A DNA stretch of 36,435 bases from Nitrospirota bacterium (GTDB lineage: Bacteria; Nitrospirota; UBA9217). The notes beneath the pieces were generated by a model. That model was not told the origin of the DNA and ran no database searches. It saw only the letters and a list, made by a program, of their open reading frames with translations. Location: assembly GCA_963790205.1 (NCBI GenBank), contig CAWBNQ010000009.1, positions 1 to 36,435 of the forward strand, written 5' to 3'. Position 1 is the stretch's first letter, and the number at the start of each line of letters is the position of its first letter. Both the position numbers and the translations under genes were made by a program. Below, piece by piece: positions 21,088-29,335 of this stretch.

Positions 21088-21267
21088 ATGAAAGAGCTAT
21101 CCCGAGATACCTGTTCCGTGTCAACCATACGCATCTCCCCCGCTGTTGCAGTCACGCATCCGTCCTACCGGAGACCCGCAGCGCAGGCCGCGGCCGCACT
21201 TCGTAATCTTGTTGCGCAATACCGGCTGAAAGGGCAACAGGACCTCAAAAAAACGGGGCGCGCTTAA
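21088..21267 (+). CDS. Putative small basic protein (59 aa)
   Basis: GGAGG RBS before ATG 21088; upstream TTGACA-18-TAAACT (from 20998); no recognisable family. Confidence 0.4.
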   Translation: MKELSRDTCSVSTIRISPAVAVTHPSYRRPAAQAAAALRNLVAQYRLKGQQDLKKTGRA

Positions 21268-21297
21268 TCGGAGCACGTTCGCTCCGGGCTATAGCTC

Positions 21298-21813
21298 ATG
21301 CCCAAACAGCTTGTCTTCATAGGCGACTCCCTCACCGAATGGTTTAACTGGCAGAAGCGCTTTCCCGATCATAACGTGATGAATCTCGGCATTTCCGGCG
21401 AGCCGGTCGAAGGCCTGCTTGCCCGACGGGAGCACATCCGCGCGACGATCCAAGACCCCGCCTTTCTCTTTCTCATGACCGGCATCAACAACCTCGCCAT
21501 GGAGCACTACGACATCGCCGTCCCCTATCGTGAGATCGTGCGAAACCTGACCACCTGGTACAAACGATCCACGGTCGTAGTCCAAAGCATCTTGCCGGAC
21601 ACGCTCGAGTGGATCAGCAACGATATCATCAAGGACACGAACCGCCTCCTCGAACAGATCGCCCGCGAGTACGACGCCGAGTATCTCGATGTCTACCGCC
21701 TCTTTGTCGATCCGCAGGGGAACCCGAAGAACGCATATCTCCAGGATGACGGCGTGCACCTGAGCAGCATGGGATATGAAGTATGGGCGGATGAAGTGGA
21801 AAGCTTTTTTTAA
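21298..21813 (+). CDS. SGNH/GDSL-family hydrolase (Lipase_GDSL_2)
   Basis: FIGDSLT (block I), NLGISG (II), GINN (III), DGVH (V). Confidence 0.92.
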   Translation: MPKQLVFIGDSLTEWFNWQKRFPDHNVMNLGISGEPVEGLLARREHIRATIQDPAFLFLMTGINNLAMEHYDIAVPYREIVRNLTTWYKRSTVVVQSILPDTLEWISNDIIKDTNRLLEQIAREYDAEYLDVYRLFVDPQGNPKNAYLQDDGVHLSSMGYEVWADEVESFF

Positions 21814-22020
21814 AAAAATAATTCAGAAGTCCAGCGGGCTTTTCAAATATACTGTCAACTGCTCCAGAATGCCATTCTGAAATAAGCATTTCCCCTCAAA
21901 AGACTATTCCATTATTGCATATTAGCTACCTTTGGAAAGCTATCCCATAAATTGAATATTAGTCAATTGATCAGATTCTAATAAATACATATAGATACGT
22001 CAAGTTTTTCCCCAAATTCA

Positions 22021-22049
22021 TTGACCATGTTAGCGAACTATGCTACTGT
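22021..22049 (+). promoter_or_regulatory. Candidate cassette-array promoter (Pc-like)
   Basis: TTGACC, 17 nt (ending TGC), TACTGT, pointing into the array just upstream of GTTAGAG at 22072. Confidence 0.55.
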
Positions 22050-22088
22050 ATTTTCGTACCGATAATAACATGTTAGAGGTTGATTGAT

Positions 22089-22559
22089 ATGATAGCAAAA
22101 CTATGTACAGTGACAACAATGTTGCTGCTTTCAGCGTTGATAATGTTGCCCACAAAGGTGCAAGCTAAATGGGTCCCTCCGATTGCCGACGGTGGTGATG
22201 TTGAACCATCATTGCCATCTGTTCAGGGTTACCTCGTTAGAGTTACTAGTAATGAAATCACTCTCAAAAGAGATAGCCGCGACGGCAAGATGAAAGACAC
22301 TGTAATTGTTCGGCTCCTGCCACGAACCGAATTCTTCTCGGCATATGGTGGCTTTTATAAATCGAACGAGCTACGTTCAGGACAATATGTGTGGGTATGG
22401 TACGTTAATGAAGATCCTAAAAAGGCAGGAACGCCGCCCCAAGCCGCAGTAGTTATGCTCTGGTCAACCGATCCATCCGATAAACCCACGGAAGAAATTC
22501 GATGGCACTTCGATAAAAAGTCGGCAGGTCGGGTAGAACGAAGTGAAACCCACCGCTAA
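22089..22559 (+). CDS. Cassette 1: exported hypothetical protein
   Basis: GAGG RBS, signal peptide ending VQA; the stop abuts attC R''. Confidence 0.75.
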   Translation: MIAKLCTVTTMLLLSALIMLPTKVQAKWVPPIADGGDVEPSLPSVQGYLVRVTSNEITLKRDSRDGKMKDTVIVRLLPRTEFFSAYGGFYKSNELRSGQYVWVWYVNEDPKKAGTPPQAAVVMLWSTDPSDKPTEEIRWHFDKKSAGRVERSETHR

Positions 22560-22619
22560 TTCTAACCATTCGGCTCGAGAGGGTCGCGGAAGCCGCGCCC
22601 CTCAGCCGAGCCGTTAGTT
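22560..22619 (+). other. attC site (canonical-looking)
   Basis: TTCTAAC-cattcg-GCTCGAG...CTCAGC-cgagcc-GTTAGTT: R''/R' AAC/GTT, L''/L' complementary with one extrahelical base, GC-rich central stem. Confidence 0.9.
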
Positions 22620-22649
22620 TAGGCTTAACCCACACGATGAGGTAAAACT

Positions 22650-23147
22650 ATGAGAACGATGCTCCTCGCAACGTTGATTCTTATTCTTTTGACCGCCATG
22701 ACCCTGGCGGTTAGCCCTTCTCAAAAATCTGAGCAAATTTCTCCTGAGGAGTATCGAATTTTCTTGGAGATTGAGAAGTCGCTCGCGAAGGTTGCGAAGA
22801 AATATCAAAAGAATCCCGATGAAGTTCATCAACTGTACCGTAGGATAACCTTGTCAGCAGATACCATCCCTAAATTTGGGAAAGGTGGAGTTTCTATATT
22901 GCGTGACAACATCTATATCGTTAACAGTGAAGAGAAGAATGAACTTGTTCTGGGTGGTGAAAGATGGGTTAGTAGTTTCGGCAATTCACCGGAACTTGTG
23001 ATTCTATCCGGACGTAAAGTTCTTGGCACATTCCCAATATCCACGTTGCCCGATAAAAGTGATTTTATCTTTATTCTGTTCAATGGCAAGAAGGCACAGT
23101 ACCTCGATTGGAAGACATTCGATGGCCAAACCACTTACAGACATTGA
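22650..23147 (+). CDS. Cassette 2: exported hypothetical protein
   Basis: GAGGT RBS, hydrophobic signal peptide, bounded by attC sites. Confidence 0.75.
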   Translation: MRTMLLATLILILLTAMTLAVSPSQKSEQISPEEYRIFLEIEKSLAKVAKKYQKNPDEVHQLYRRITLSADTIPKFGKGGVSILRDNIYIVNSEEKNELVLGGERWVSSFGNSPELVILSGRKVLGTFPISTLPDKSDFIFILFNGKKAQYLDWKTFDGQTTYRH

Positions 23148-23189
23148 AGCTGATAGCATAAGCAATCTAAAGCATAGATCGATAAAAAT

Positions 23190-23249
23190 AACTAACATGC
23201 GGGTCGCGTCCGACGCGCATGGAACGCGCGTCTCACCCGCGCCTTGATA
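23190..23249 (+). other. attC site, degenerate (R' GTT replaced by CTT)
   Basis: AACTAAC-atgcg-GGTCGCGT...CTCACC-cgcgc-CTT(23243); inner stem GACGCGC/GCGCGTC. Confidence 0.75.
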
Positions 23250-23321
23250 AGGGGAAAAAATCCCTCTATGTTGACTAGCAGCAAACTGTCAAAGGGTTTG
23301 CTTAACTTTTAAGAGGTAATC

Positions 23322-24197
23322 ATGAAACGATTTTTGATAGCAAGTTTTGCAATATTGTCTGCATCTTTAGGCATCATGTCTGTCAGTACGGTGGTTAGTT
23401 CTGGCGATAACACTAGCGCAAACCAACAACGTTTTCTCGCCAAGGGTGATGGTACGGTAATCGATCAGACAAACGACCTTGTATGGCAAGCAGCAGATGA
23501 CTCTCAGCCAAGAAGCTGGGCAGATGCTGCTGCCTATTGCAGGAATCTTACGCTCAATAATAAATCGAGCTGGAGGTTGCCTACAAAAGAAGAGTTAAAT
23601 TCGATTGTAGATCAAGAACGGAAACCAGCAATTGATACAAAATATTTTAAGATAAATGGATTAAGATATTGGACCTCAACGGTCTATGACGACAATCCCA
23701 GCTTGAAATGTTTCATATTCTTTCCAACTGGAGCTACCGCCTGCGCTGACAAAATAAACACATTTCTTGCGCGTTGCGTACGCAATGCACATGAAAGCGA
23801 GCATGTATCTGACGGAGAAAGCGACTATGCAAAATGGACCACGTCGTCAAAACTAAAATCAATAGTACGCGATATGGAAGACAACAGAATGTTTCCAAGC
23901 ACAGTAGAGGGGCGCGAAGTTGAAGGCCGTGACAATAGTGGAAAAGTGTATCAATATCGTGCTAAGTTCATTCCATTTTTACCGGATATGCTCTCTTTTA
24001 AATCGCAATGGGGCATTGTTGACAGGTGGTACAAACATTACTCCGGCCAATATATTGAAGAAGGCTACACAGAGTATTCCCACACTACCTTTGTTGATAA
24101 ATTTGGTTTTACCTTACATCAAGCAACTTGGGTGTTGATTTATAGAGAACGGGAACAGAAACAAAACGAGTTCTCTAACAGCAAACCGAATCTTTAG
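23322..24197 (+). CDS. Cassette 3: exported DUF1566 (Lcl C-terminal, C-type-lectin-like fold) protein with an uncharacterised C-terminal domain
   Basis: DGTVIDQTNDLVWQ, SWADAAAYC, WRLPTKEELNSIVD, YWTST and ARCVR are the DUF1566 pattern; signal peptide. Confidence 0.85.
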   Translation: MKRFLIASFAILSASLGIMSVSTVVSSGDNTSANQQRFLAKGDGTVIDQTNDLVWQAADDSQPRSWADAAAYCRNLTLNNKSSWRLPTKEELNSIVDQERKPAIDTKYFKINGLRYWTSTVYDDNPSLKCFIFFPTGATACADKINTFLARCVRNAHESEHVSDGESDYAKWTTSSKLKSIVRDMEDNRMFPSTVEGREVEGRDNSGKVYQYRAKFIPFLPDMLSFKSQWGIVDRWYKHYSGQYIEEGYTEYSHTTFVDKFGFTLHQATWVLIYREREQKQNEFSNSKPNL

Positions 24198-24265
24198 TGG
24201 GTTTGGTAATAATAGTGTCGTGCCTTGATGCTGACAAAACCGCCTCCGATTACGACTAGATATCG

Positions 24266-24321
24266 AACCAACTTGCGCGTCCACAGCGACGCGCCAGACG
24301 GCGGCGCGTGAGGCGCGCGTT
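24266..24321 (+). other. attC site, interrupted immediately after its GTT by IS1182 + MITE (R' tail resumes at 26351, GTTAACC)
   Basis: AACCAAC-ttgcg-CGTCCACA...CGTGAGG-cgcgc-GTT(24319-24321). Confidence 0.8.
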
Positions 24322-26130
24322 GAAGGTGTAGAAAAAGTCATTTTATGCTATACTGACGCCATCGAAACGCATTAAGGAACCACCAAAACCCCTCACCCAC
24401 GGGAGGCGTATGGCGAAGTACAAACACTACGACTATTCGCAAGGCAAGTTCATCCCGATCAGCTTCGACAAACAGATCCTTCCCGGCACTTTCGAGCACA
24501 CCCTCCACTACATCATCGACAACGACCTCGACCTTTCCGTATTTGACCTCCGCTACCAGAACGACGAGACCGGCGCACCGGCATACGACCCCGCGATCCT
24601 GCTCAAAGATCGTCCTCTACGCCTATTCCAAGGGCATCACCTCAAGCCGGAAGATCGCCGATTGCTGCAACGAGAACGTCATCTTCATGGCCCTGTCCGC
24701 CGATACCCGACCGCACTTCACCACCATCGCCGACTTCATCTCCTCAAATGATCAGGAAACGGTGAAGCTCTTCCTCGAAGTGCTCCTGATCTGCGACGAG
24801 ATGGGCCTGATCGGCAAAGAGATGTTCGCCGTGGACGGGTGCAAGCTGCCCTCGAACGCCTCGAAGGAGTGGAGCGGAACCAAGAAAGACCTCGCGCATA
24901 AAAAAGAGAAGATGGAAAAAGCCATCCGGCAGATCATCACGAAACACTAAGGAAAGAGACAGGACCGAGGCAGACAAGGCGGTCATTGAGAAGGAAGAAC
25001 AGTATATAGCCACTCTCAAGGCCAAGATCAAGAAGATCAAGACCTGGCTCAACGACAACGACGACAAGCCGGCCAGCATCAGATGCAAGCCCCGAAAGAG
25101 CAACATTACCGATAATGAGAGCGCCACGATGAAGACCTCGCACGGGGTTGTCCAGGGGTACAACGGCGTAGCGATGGTCGACAGCAAACACCAGGTCGTC
25201 GTCCATGCTGAGGCGACCGGGGAGTCGGAAACCGCGATACTGAAACCGATGGTCGAAGAAACCCGTGAGAACTTCAGCTCGATCGGGAAAGAAGAAGACA
25301 TCTTCAAAAAGACCAAGCTGTCAGGGGACACCGGCTTCCACTCCGAAAAGAACATGGAGATGTTGATCGAACAGGGCATCGACGCATACATCGCGGACAA
25401 CAAGTTCCGTCACCGCGATCCCAGATACTCAACTGCCGACAGACACAAGGAGCGTTTCAATAAGGAAGTCGCTAAACGATTCGACCGAGCCATCATCTTC
25501 CAACCCCGCGACTTCACGGTGAGCCCGGACAAGAGCTTCTGCATCTGCCCGGCCGGCAAACGGATGTACAAATGCGGCAATGCGATCCATAACGGACTGC
25601 ACGCCATCAAGTACCACGGGACCAAGAGAGATTGCATCCCTTGCCTGGTCCGGGCGCAGTGCATGAAGAACCCCGACGTGACCGTAACCCGTCAGTTCGC
25701 CCACTTTACGGGAAAGACCGACCAAAAGACCAAGACCTTCACGCAGAAAATGCGGGAGAAGATAGACTCGGTAGCAGGCAAGCTGATCTACGGACGAAGG
25801 ATGGCAACAGTCGAACCCGTCTTTGCCGACATTCGATCGAGTCTTGGCCTCGATCGATTCAGCCTAAGAGGAAAAAAGAAGGTCAGCATCCAGTGGCGGC
25901 TCTACTGCATCGTTCACAATCTTCTGAAGGTGCATCGATACGGGCCGGGATTCGCGTGAGAAGCAGAAGCGAAGGGCAGCAAAGAGCAGTAGATGAAAGG
26001 CAACCCGGATAGAAATCGGGATGTGACGAAGCCAATCATCAAGCTGAACCAATAATCTGAACAGTAGAATAGATCAAAGACGATAAACTGAAGAAAGAGC
26101 CTTTCGCAAAATGACTTTTTCTACAGACTC
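24322..26130 (+). mobile_element. IS1182-family insertion sequence (1809 bp), 23-bp terminal IRs, GTT target duplication
   Basis: IRL GAAGGTGTAGAAAAAGTCATTTT (24322-24344) versus IRR AAAATGACTTTTTCTACAGACTC (26108-26130), 20/23 match; GTT at 24319-21 and 26131-33. Confidence 0.9.
24410..25959 (+). CDS. IS1182-family DDE transposase (two single-base insertions, ~24607 and ~24948)
   Basis: DUF772-type N-terminus (GAPAYDPAILLK/IVLYAYSKGITSSRKI, RPHFTTIADF), AVDGCKL, TDNESA.MK, QGYN, GDTGF, Cys-rich insert, RRMATVEPVFADI, HNLLK; GGGAGG RBS. Confidence 0.9.
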
Positions 26131-26133
26131 GTT

Positions 26134-26350
26134 GAGTCTGTAGGAAAACCCCCAAAAGGGCTCATTTTCGCCCTTAAGGGCAGCGACGAGATTTCACTGA
26201 TAATAATAAGAATAGCGGTGAGCGCGATTCTAAGCCCGGCTGGCGAGCTTTATCTCGTTTAGCCACCATCGAGAGACATCACGCGCGATTAATCGCGTTA
26301 AACGAAGCCTGGTGCGTCGGCACTTTAAAAGGGACTTATTCTACAGACTC
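26134..26350. mobile_element. 217-bp non-autonomous MITE with IS1182-type ends, GTT duplication
   Basis: Begins GAGTCTGTAG and ends CTACAGACTC (identical to the IS right-end tip); GTT on both sides; no ORF; internal perfect palindrome CGCGATTAATCGCG (26284-26297). Confidence 0.85.
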
Positions 26351-26372
26351 GTTAACCCGATTCGGAGAGCAT

Positions 26373-27191
26373 ATGAAGAAAAAAACGATCTTATTTTTTG
26401 CTTGGTTCATCTTGGTGTCGTCCACGAGTTACGCAATGGATGCCAAACAATTTGACAGTTTGATGACAAACATCCACGAAGGGAAATTTGATTTAGTTGA
26501 AAGTTCCTTGCGTACGAATGAGACACTCCTTGGCAAGGACCCCGAATATTACGTCGTCCTGCTGAATTACGTGTTAGCCAGCTACAATCAAACGGGAATA
26601 GTTGCGGCAAAAGGAGCACCGCAACAAGATGATGTAGCCGTACGGGATCCGAAGACGGGTAAATCAGTCGGCTTTATCGGTCAACGCGCAGGACATGATG
26701 AAAAGTTGGTTGTTGACGGCATATCACGGGCAAATAAATCTCTGCCATTCTTTAAATCGAGGCTCGACATTCGTTTCGGCATCATTGCAGCGGCGGCGGA
26801 AATCAAACGATGGGATCTTCTTGGAGACCAGTTAGTAGAAACAGTGAACGTATCGAAAGAAATTGACAACAAATGGACATGGGGCTCCATTAACTCGATG
26901 TCAGGTGAGCCTGAGACATTTATGCTGGAAAATATTCAGGGACAGATTTCGTATCTCTTTAGAGCGGACGATCCAACTGCGGATGATGCACTCATTCGAG
27001 CTTCGGAAGCACTGATCAAGTGTTACCCGGAGATAACTTATGGGTATTCAAATTTGGGAGTACTCTACCTGTCTAAAAAAGAATACGATAAGGCCGACAG
27101 TTATTTAAAGCAAGCGCTTGCGATTGACCCCAACGATGAGATCGTTAAGGGAAACATTGAGTTACTTAAAAAGAACCGTAAAGGTAAATGA
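26373..27191 (+). CDS. Cassette 4: exported protein with C-terminal TPR
   Basis: Signal peptide (SYA|M); YSNLGVLYLSKKEYDKADSYLKQALAIDPND is a TPR consensus. Confidence 0.85.
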   Translation: MKKKTILFFAWFILVSSTSYAMDAKQFDSLMTNIHEGKFDLVESSLRTNETLLGKDPEYYVVLLNYVLASYNQTGIVAAKGAPQQDDVAVRDPKTGKSVGFIGQRAGHDEKLVVDGISRANKSLPFFKSRLDIRFGIIAAAAEIKRWDLLGDQLVETVNVSKEIDNKWTWGSINSMSGEPETFMLENIQGQISYLFRADDPTADDALIRASEALIKCYPEITYGYSNLGVLYLSKKEYDKADSYLKQALAIDPNDEIVKGNIELLKKNRKGK

Positions 27192-27212
27192 CCACTTACT
27201 GTTGGAAGTTCT

Positions 27213-27271
27213 AATCTGCCATTGGGATCGAGAGAGTCGCAAAGACCGGCCCCTCAGCCGAGCCGTTGTAC
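27213..27271 (+). other. attC site, degenerate left arm; relative of the 22560 site
   Basis: The 19-mer GCCCCTCAGCCGAGCCGTT (27249-27267) is identical to 22597-22615; left arm CCATTGGGATCGAGAG resembles CCATTCGGCTCGAGAG but R'' AAC is lost. Confidence 0.75.
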
Positions 27272-27286
27272 ATGGAGGAATTTTTT

Positions 27287-27661
27287 ATGAACGCTACTCA
27301 GCTACCCTTCCTCGTAGAAGGGATCCTGATTTTAGCGAGTATGCTCTTCGGACTTCTTCTTCACCGGGCAGGAAAACCTTATGGTAAAGTGAAACTGGTC
27401 ATTCACTTGTTTTTATTCACATGGTTCACCGTGGGCTTTGCCTTTATACTGTACGGGCTTTTAAAAATTGATACAATGAAGGTAATGTGGATTCCCGTTG
27501 TTACGATGGGGTTGATGATTCTGACTCAACTTGGTACCGGAATCCTGATGATAGCTTCTAAGAAAGCAGGAAAGGTACTTCCGAGGATCCACATTATATC
27601 GGCAATTTTGTTGATTTTATCCGATATCTGTGCTTACATCATCACAGGGCATCGATCGTAA
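27287..27661 (+). CDS. Cassette 5: small four-TM membrane protein
   Basis: GGAGG RBS just after attC GTT; four hydrophobic helices, with His residues in KLVIHL and PRIHI. Confidence 0.75.
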   Translation: MNATQLPFLVEGILILASMLFGLLLHRAGKPYGKVKLVIHLFLFTWFTVGFAFILYGLLKIDTMKVMWIPVVTMGLMILTQLGTGILMIASKKAGKVLPRIHIISAILLILSDICAYIITGHRS

Positions 27662-27789
27662 GGAAGCTTATGTACCTGTAAAGACGATTACTAGTCATTT
27701 GAAGCTGTGCCACTTTCCGCATTCCGACCGGGGTGATGAATGCGGAACCAGGCAGTATGATGTATGCATCCTACTAAAAGGGGGTTCTT

Positions 27790-28224
27790 ATGAATAAGAA
27801 TTTTTTTGGACTGATTATACTGTCGATCTTAATGTCCGGACCAGTATATGCCGCAGATTGGATATTTTGCGCGAATGAAGGTACGCTTTGTGATTTTACG
27901 AGTGTAAAAGCAGTACGATATGGCGCGGATGAAAAATTCGCATACAGAGTTTCCTCACATGGCGTAAGTTGCAACAATAAAGAATTCGGCGATCCGGCAA
28001 CCGGGATAGTGAAACATTGCGATAAAGCTAACTTATCGCAGTGGAAATTCTGTTCAAATGAAAACGGCCGCTGTGATTTCAAGGGTGTAAAAGCTGTACG
28101 GTATGGCGCAGAGGGAAGATACGACTACAGAATCTATTCGGACGGCGTAAATTGCAATAATAATGAATTAGGTGATCCGGCGCATGGGATAGTGAAACAT
28201 TGCTATACAGCGGATCTACGATAA
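27790..28224 (+). CDS. Exported Cys-rich protein made of two tandem ~60-aa repeats (putative lectin-like)
   Basis: Signal peptide; two copies of W.FC.NE...CDF..VKAVRYGA......R..S.GV.CNN.E.GDPA.GIVKHC. Confidence 0.8.
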   Translation: MNKNFFGLIILSILMSGPVYAADWIFCANEGTLCDFTSVKAVRYGADEKFAYRVSSHGVSCNNKEFGDPATGIVKHCDKANLSQWKFCSNENGRCDFKGVKAVRYGAEGRYDYRIYSDGVNCNNNELGDPAHGIVKHCYTADLR

Positions 28225-28367
28225 GGCCCCTCGGTTCTTAATCAAGCTTATAACAACCCAAAAAGTAGAAGCCTGATAAATACCGGGGGTATTTATTTCA
28301 ATAGGCACGTGAACAAGCTAGCAGATGATTCATCGGGACGGATCGGTTAATTTTTTATTACTTCATC

Positions 28368-28832
28368 TTACCCGACCATCCCCGGCACGACCATCCACTC
28401 CAGTGTCCATCTCCCGTCATCGGACCTCTTTAAACAAACGATCCCGCCCATCTTGAAATCGACGAACATTTTCTCCTTGTCCCCGCACAGGAGCAGGCCC
28501 GCGAGCTTCGCCAGATACGGGAGATGCCCGACAAGCATCACGTCTTCCTGGGTCTCCGACAGTCCCTTGGACCAGATCGCTGGATCGTCCATCGGCGCAA
28601 GGTCGTTGGCCTGGCATATTCCCCTTCCGGGCTTGAGGCGGTCTGCCAGTACCTGCGCGGTCTGCATGGCCCGGGTCTTGTCGCTGTGCATGATCCGGTC
28701 CACCTGAATGCCATGCTCCTCGGCATACAAAGCGGCCAGCGTGACGTCCCTGAAGCCTTTGTCCGTCAGGCCCCGCTGCGGGTCCTCCTCTTCTTTCTTT
28801 GCCTCGCCGTGCTGTACCAGATAGAGAAACAT
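28368..28832 (-). CDS. sixA: Phosphohistidine phosphatase SixA
   Basis: LYLVQHGEA, RGLT..G, HS.KTRAMQTA, MLVGHLPYL. Confidence 0.9.
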   Translation of the reverse strand: MFLYLVQHGEAKKEEEDPQRGLTDKGFRDVTLAALYAEEHGIQVDRIMHSDKTRAMQTAQVLADRLKPGRGICQANDLAPMDDPAIWSKGLSETQEDVMLVGHLPYLAKLAGLLLCGDKEKMFVDFKMGGIVCLKRSDDGRWTLEWMVVPGMVG

Positions 28833-28951
28833 GGAGACACCCCTTTCGTTTAGATACGGATAGAATTCAAAGATTCACGTTCCAGGGGAATAACGAAAAA
28901 CTCAACAATAATAGTATAGTCGAGAAACAGCGGTTAGGGTAGAACGAGGGA

Positions 28952-29335
28952 TCATCCCTGTGGAAAGAGATGCTTTAATACTTTTCTTCTCATATCGCTC
29001 CAGTTGACGGGCTTGGTGCAGTATTCGTTCGCGCCGAGTGCAAGCCCCTGGTCCCGGTCGCCTTCTTCCCCCATGGTCGTGAGGATCACAATGGGGACGT
29101 CCTGCTCCAGCTCGGTGCGTATCTTCTTGACCAGCTCGGCGCCGCCCATCAATGGCATGTTCATGTCAGTGACCACGAGATCGTAGCGGTCCTTTTGAAG
29201 CTTAGTCAACGCGTCAACGCCGTGGACCGCCTCGGTAATGGAAGCCGCGATCATTCTCCTCAGGTTCATGCAGAGGAGCATCCTTACGGTAGTTGAATCG
29301 TCGACGACAAGTATGCGCTTCTTGGCCTGATCCAT
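28952..29335 (-). CDS. Single-domain response regulator (CheY-like)
   Basis: ILVVDDS, LVVTDMNMP (phospho-Asp), ILTT, TKPV. Confidence 0.9.
   Translation of the reverse strand: MDQAKKRILVVDDSTTVRMLLCMNLRRMIAASITEAVHGVDALTKLQKDRYDLVVTDMNMPLMGGAELVKKIRTELEQDVPIVILTTMGEEGDRDQGLALGANEYCTKPVNWSDMRRKVLKHLFPQG

Larger units (their letters stand above)
22072..28224 (+). mobile_element. Integron-like gene cassette array without intact integrase (CALIN), 5-6 co-oriented cassette-like genes
   Basis: Short, AT-richer, same-strand ORFs separated by attC-type imperfect palindromes at 22560, 23190, 24266 and 27213; no tyrosine recombinase ORF in the window. Confidence 0.85.

Noticed and set aside
23322..24197. 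Diversity-generating retroelement, since DUF1566/CLec folds are typical DGR targets
   Set aside because: No reverse transcriptase, Avd-like gene or adenine-variant TR/VR repeat pair seen in the window
24600..24950. Programmed ribosomal frameshifting in the transposase
   Set aside because: No canonical slippery heptamer at either break; IS1182 transposases are normally single ORFs; similar indels occur throughout the window
22560..27271. CRISPR array interpretation of the repeated palindromes
   Set aside because: The repeats are separated by whole genes, vary in sequence and have attC architecture; no cas genes
27713..27750. Hairpin TTCCGCATTC...GAATGCGGAA as a fifth attC
   Set aside because: Lacks correctly spaced AAC/GTT boxes; may be a terminator or eroded remnant
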